A stretch of DNA of 64,000 nucleotides from Novakomyces olei (Eukaryota): the NCBI GenBank assembly GCA_016906335.1, contig JADEYG010000015.1:992001-1056000 (forward strand). Reading direction: 5' to 3'. The translations under genes and the position numbers were made by a program. Numbering within the stretch: position 1 is the first letter of the stretch; each line of letters starts with the position of its first letter. The notes under the pieces are model-generated. The model did not search any database, was not told where the DNA came from, and was given only the letters and a program-made list of their open reading frames with translations. Below are positions 60,649-64,000 of this stretch, piece by piece.

Positions 60649-63600
60649 ATGCCGACAGCTCCACACGCTGCACTCTATGCGGCTTACCATCCGAACCATG
60701 ATCAGCCTGCCGACACGGACGGCAGTCTGCCCTCCGTTGGAAATGCTCATCACGCTTGGATGCCTTTACGGGTACGCCTTTTATTTTTATTTTTATTTTT
60801 AATTTTTATTTTTTTATTATTATTATTGCTTTTAATCCTTCCTACATGAAACTGGACCAGCGCTTGCTGGGGTTGTATGGACTGCCTGCGCTTTGAGTAT
60901 AATTTGCGTCTGCCTGCTAAAGTTTGGTTCTTTTTTCGTTTCTTTTGATTTTTTTCTTTTCAACTGTTGTTTAAACTGTTGTTTAAACTGTTGTTTAAAC
61001 TGTTGTTTAAACTGTTGTTTAAACTGTTCTTTAAACTGTTGTTTAAACTGTTGTTTAAACTGTTCTTTAAACTGTTCTTTAAACTGTTCTTTAAACTGTT
61101 CTTTTCAACTGTTCTTTTCAACTGTTCTTTTCAACTGTTCTTTTCAACTGTTCTTTGAACAATCACTCTCGCGATCTTGATTACAGTCTCCTTCTCATTA
61201 TGAACGTTTGTCGACTAATACCCACTCTAGTCGCCCTCTCCGGTAGAGCCACGGTCAAACCTGCCGATATCCTCACTACTGCTGCACGACGGTGCTGATA
61301 CTGACATGGCCACTTCAACGCCTGTTCGATCAGACTCTTCTACTCGTGACAGGGACGATTCACGGGCAGCGAAACGGAAAAAGCGTAAATCCACAAACGA
61401 GGCAGAAGAAGCTAAACGGCGACGGTCTTCAGTAAAACCGGAGAAAGAAGAAGCACCGGTTCAGAAGGTCACTCTGCGTATGAACACGACGCCCAGCGTT
61501 CAGCTGCCAGAACGTGGAGCCGACTCTGACGATGCTGTCTCTGATATTGATGCCGTCAGCGATGCAGACTCTTGCTTACCCGATCATGCAGAGGACAAGG
61601 CGGCTTACCAGGCCGGTCGGCGCCGGCATTTGAACCGATTAGACGCGTTAGAAAATGAACGGTTTCGGGCCACGTGCAGTAATATGCATTCGAGACTGCA
61701 ACATGCATACACACGTCCAGCAAACGTACCGAAACGCGTTATGGACGAGTGGTATCGCGAAGCGGCAGAGACAGAGTATGAAGCGGAGGACCAGTTGCGT
61801 CGACAATGGGACCAACGAGAAAGGAAAAGGCGTGACAATGAGCGCCGTGAACGATTAGAGGCCGATGAAAGGGACAGACGCCGACGTCGCAATGAGCGTC
61901 GTTCGGCTGCTAACAATAACGGCAGCAGTAGAGACGTTGGAGACGAGGCTTTTGAAGAGGAATCGGTGGCCAGTATTGCTCTAGGCCCCACAAAAGCAGA
62001 GGCAAACGTAGCCAAACCGAGTATATCCTCGAATTTGAATGAAATTGTACATGAAAAGGACGATATGACTGAGCTCATATCGCCCGATGCTTTACGAGCC
62101 ATATACAACAAACCTTTCCCCGTCAAGTACGTGGCCAGCTCAAAGGAAGAGCTGCAAGATATAATCTGGTTGGACATTGCTAGAAGGCAAGTCCCCCGTG
62201 TCCATCGACTGATCCATTTAAACCGCAATGTTCATCTCAGCAATTTGCGTAAAACTATCCAGCTGGCAACAAAGGAGTCTAAGCGCTGGCAGTTCCGTAC
62301 AAACAAGAACGTCAAGGACCAGCAGTCCAAGGCGAAGAGGGCAATGCGAGAAATGCTGGTGTTTTGGAAGCGACACGAGCGGGAAGAGCGGGATACACGG
62401 AGACGTGCTGAGCGGGATGCTGCGGAAAAGGCTCGCAAGGAAGAAGAGGCTCGGGAATCAAGAAGGCAGGCGCGTAAGCTGAATTTTTTGATTACTCAAA
62501 CCGAGCTCTATTCCCATTTTGTGGGCAACAAACTGGGCGAGAATGGTAATGGCAGCCAGCCTGCTCCTGATCAATTAGCAGTCACAGACGGAGGAGCAGA
62601 TGTGGCCGAGGCCAATGGACCAATTGACTTTGATGCGGATGATGAGCAAGTAATCCATCGGGCGGCAATGAGGAATGCTCAACAGGCAGTAGCTCAAGCA
62701 CGAGCAACTGCACAAACATTTGATGCCCCCTCACAGACTGCGGACGGCCAGGGCAACGAATACAATGAGGGCGAAATGAACTTTACAAATCCACAAATGG
62801 CCGGTGATATTGATGTTAAACAGCCCTCAATGCTGGCCTGCCAGCTGAAGGAGTATCAGCTGAAAGGCCTTAATTGGCTGGTCAATTTATACGAGCAAGG
62901 AATCAACGGGATCCTGGCGGACGAGATGGGTCTGGGTAAGACTGTACAGAGCATCTCTGTCATGGCCTATCTTGCTGAGGCCCATAATATATGGGGTCCC
63001 TTTCTAGTTATTGCCCCGGCCTCTACCCTGCACAATTGGCAGCAGGAGATTACGAGGTTTGTGCCCAATCTACGTGCTCTCCCATACTGGGGCAATGGCA
63101 AAGATCGTAAAGTGCTGCGCAAGTTTTGGTCTCGCAAGAGTCTGCAGTACACAAAAGATGCACCCTTCCATGTTGTCATTACGAGTTACCAGCTCGTTGT
63201 TCAAGACGCACAGTATTTCCAGAAAGTAAGGTGGCAGTATATGATCCTGGACGAAGCCCAGGCCATAAAGTCGAGCCAGAGCTCGAGGTGGAAGAACCTG
63301 CTGGCCTTCCACTGCCGCAATCGGCTGCTGCTTACAGGCACACCGATCCAGAACAATATGCAAGAGCTGTGGGCTCTTTTGCATTTCATTATGCCTACGC
63401 TCTTTGATTCGCATGACGAGTTTAGCGATTGGTTCTCCAAGGACATTGAGAGCCATGCTCAGAGCAATACACAGTTGAACGAGCAGCAGCTGCGTCGGCT
63501 GCATATGATTTTGAAGCCCTTTATGCTTCGGCGGGTAAAGAAGAATGTGCAGAGCGAGCTGGGCGAGAAGATTGAAAAGGAGATCTTTTGTGATTTATCC

Positions 63601-64000
63601 CACCGGCAGCGGACACTGTACCGACAGCTGCGGGACAAGATTTCCGTTGCAGAGATCTTGCAAAGGGCCTCTGATGGTGGGAACGATGACGTAGCCAGCC
63701 TGATGAACCTGGTGATGCAGTTTCGTAAAGTGTGCAACCACCCAGACTTGTTTGAGCGGGCAGACGTACGCAGCCCTCTGTGCTTTGGCGAGTGGGTCGA
63801 GACGGCCAGTCTGCTCAGGGAGACTGCACTGTATGTGCCCTATGCTCTGCGCAGTATGATAAAACTGCCTCTGCCCCGGCTGGTCTACCGCGACGGCGGA
63901 CTGCTCACAGAGCCAGGGTACAACTGTGCCGCTGGGTTCAGGGCAAAGTATATCGGCAACTTGCTCAGTGTATGGAACCCGGCACTGAGCAGTACTAACC
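60649..64000 (+). CDS. INO80: Chromatin-remodelling ATPase Ino80 (DBINO + SNF2 helicase); 3' end outside window
   Basis: Exon 1 60649-60771, intron 60772-61230, then an open frame to the edge. DBINO ([28 protein letters not shown]), [66 protein letters not shown]. Confidence 0.97.
60962..61157. repeat. 12/13-bp minisatellite AACTGTT(G/C)TTT(A/TC), about 16 units, inside INO80 intron 1
   Basis: Eleven 12-bp units, then four 13-bp units and a partial unit. Confidence 0.93.

Noticed and set aside
60893..61180. NCCL/LFKL repeat ORFs; possible CRISPR-like array
   Set aside because: Intronic minisatellite with no unique spacers and no cas genes; eukaryotic context.
62821..63330. Alternative CUG decoding (Ser or Ala clades)
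   Set aside because: CTG occurs at invariant Leu positions of SNF2 motifs ([19 protein letters not shown]), consistent with the standard code.
61605..63737. Long minus-strand ORFs
   Set aside because: Antisense shadows of the INO80 coding exon.

Overview
Gene-dense, intron-rich ascomycete fungal chromosome segment. It uses the standard genetic code: CTG sits at conserved Leu positions of the INO80 helicase motifs. Many introns are short (about 35-60 nt). A complex I subunit, an exportin-4-like gene, an Iec1-like zinc finger and short introns suggest an early-diverging ascomycete such as Taphrinomycotina (inference only). About 28 protein genes can be built. In order: PhoD-like phosphatase (cut off at the left edge), RAD4/XPC, SEC61, ORC2, ABCC transporter, NDUFA12, exportin-4-like, BRE1, YTP1-like, STE11/Byr2, MPP6-like, YIH1, NSA1, Vps75-like, PXB/DUF3818 protein, NRG1-like TF, orphan 7TM receptor, Iec1-like, conserved membrane protein, RAD52, COA3, TRS85, RUP1-like, SPO12, LSG1, mitochondrial uS11, UBL membrane protein and INO80 (cut off at the right edge). 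SPO12, the PhoD gene and the INO80 catalytic exon are missing from the ORF track and were translated by hand. No transposon, CRISPR array, tRNA or rRNA was recognised. Short tandem repeats become common to the right of about 35 kb. I found no clearly novel system. The best leads are an RFX X-box + forkhead + telobox module upstream of SPO12, an intronless orphan GPCR, an exportin-4-like gene with a GC-AG intron, a diverged Iec1-like gene near INO80, and a structured INO80 upstream region with a tandem MCB.
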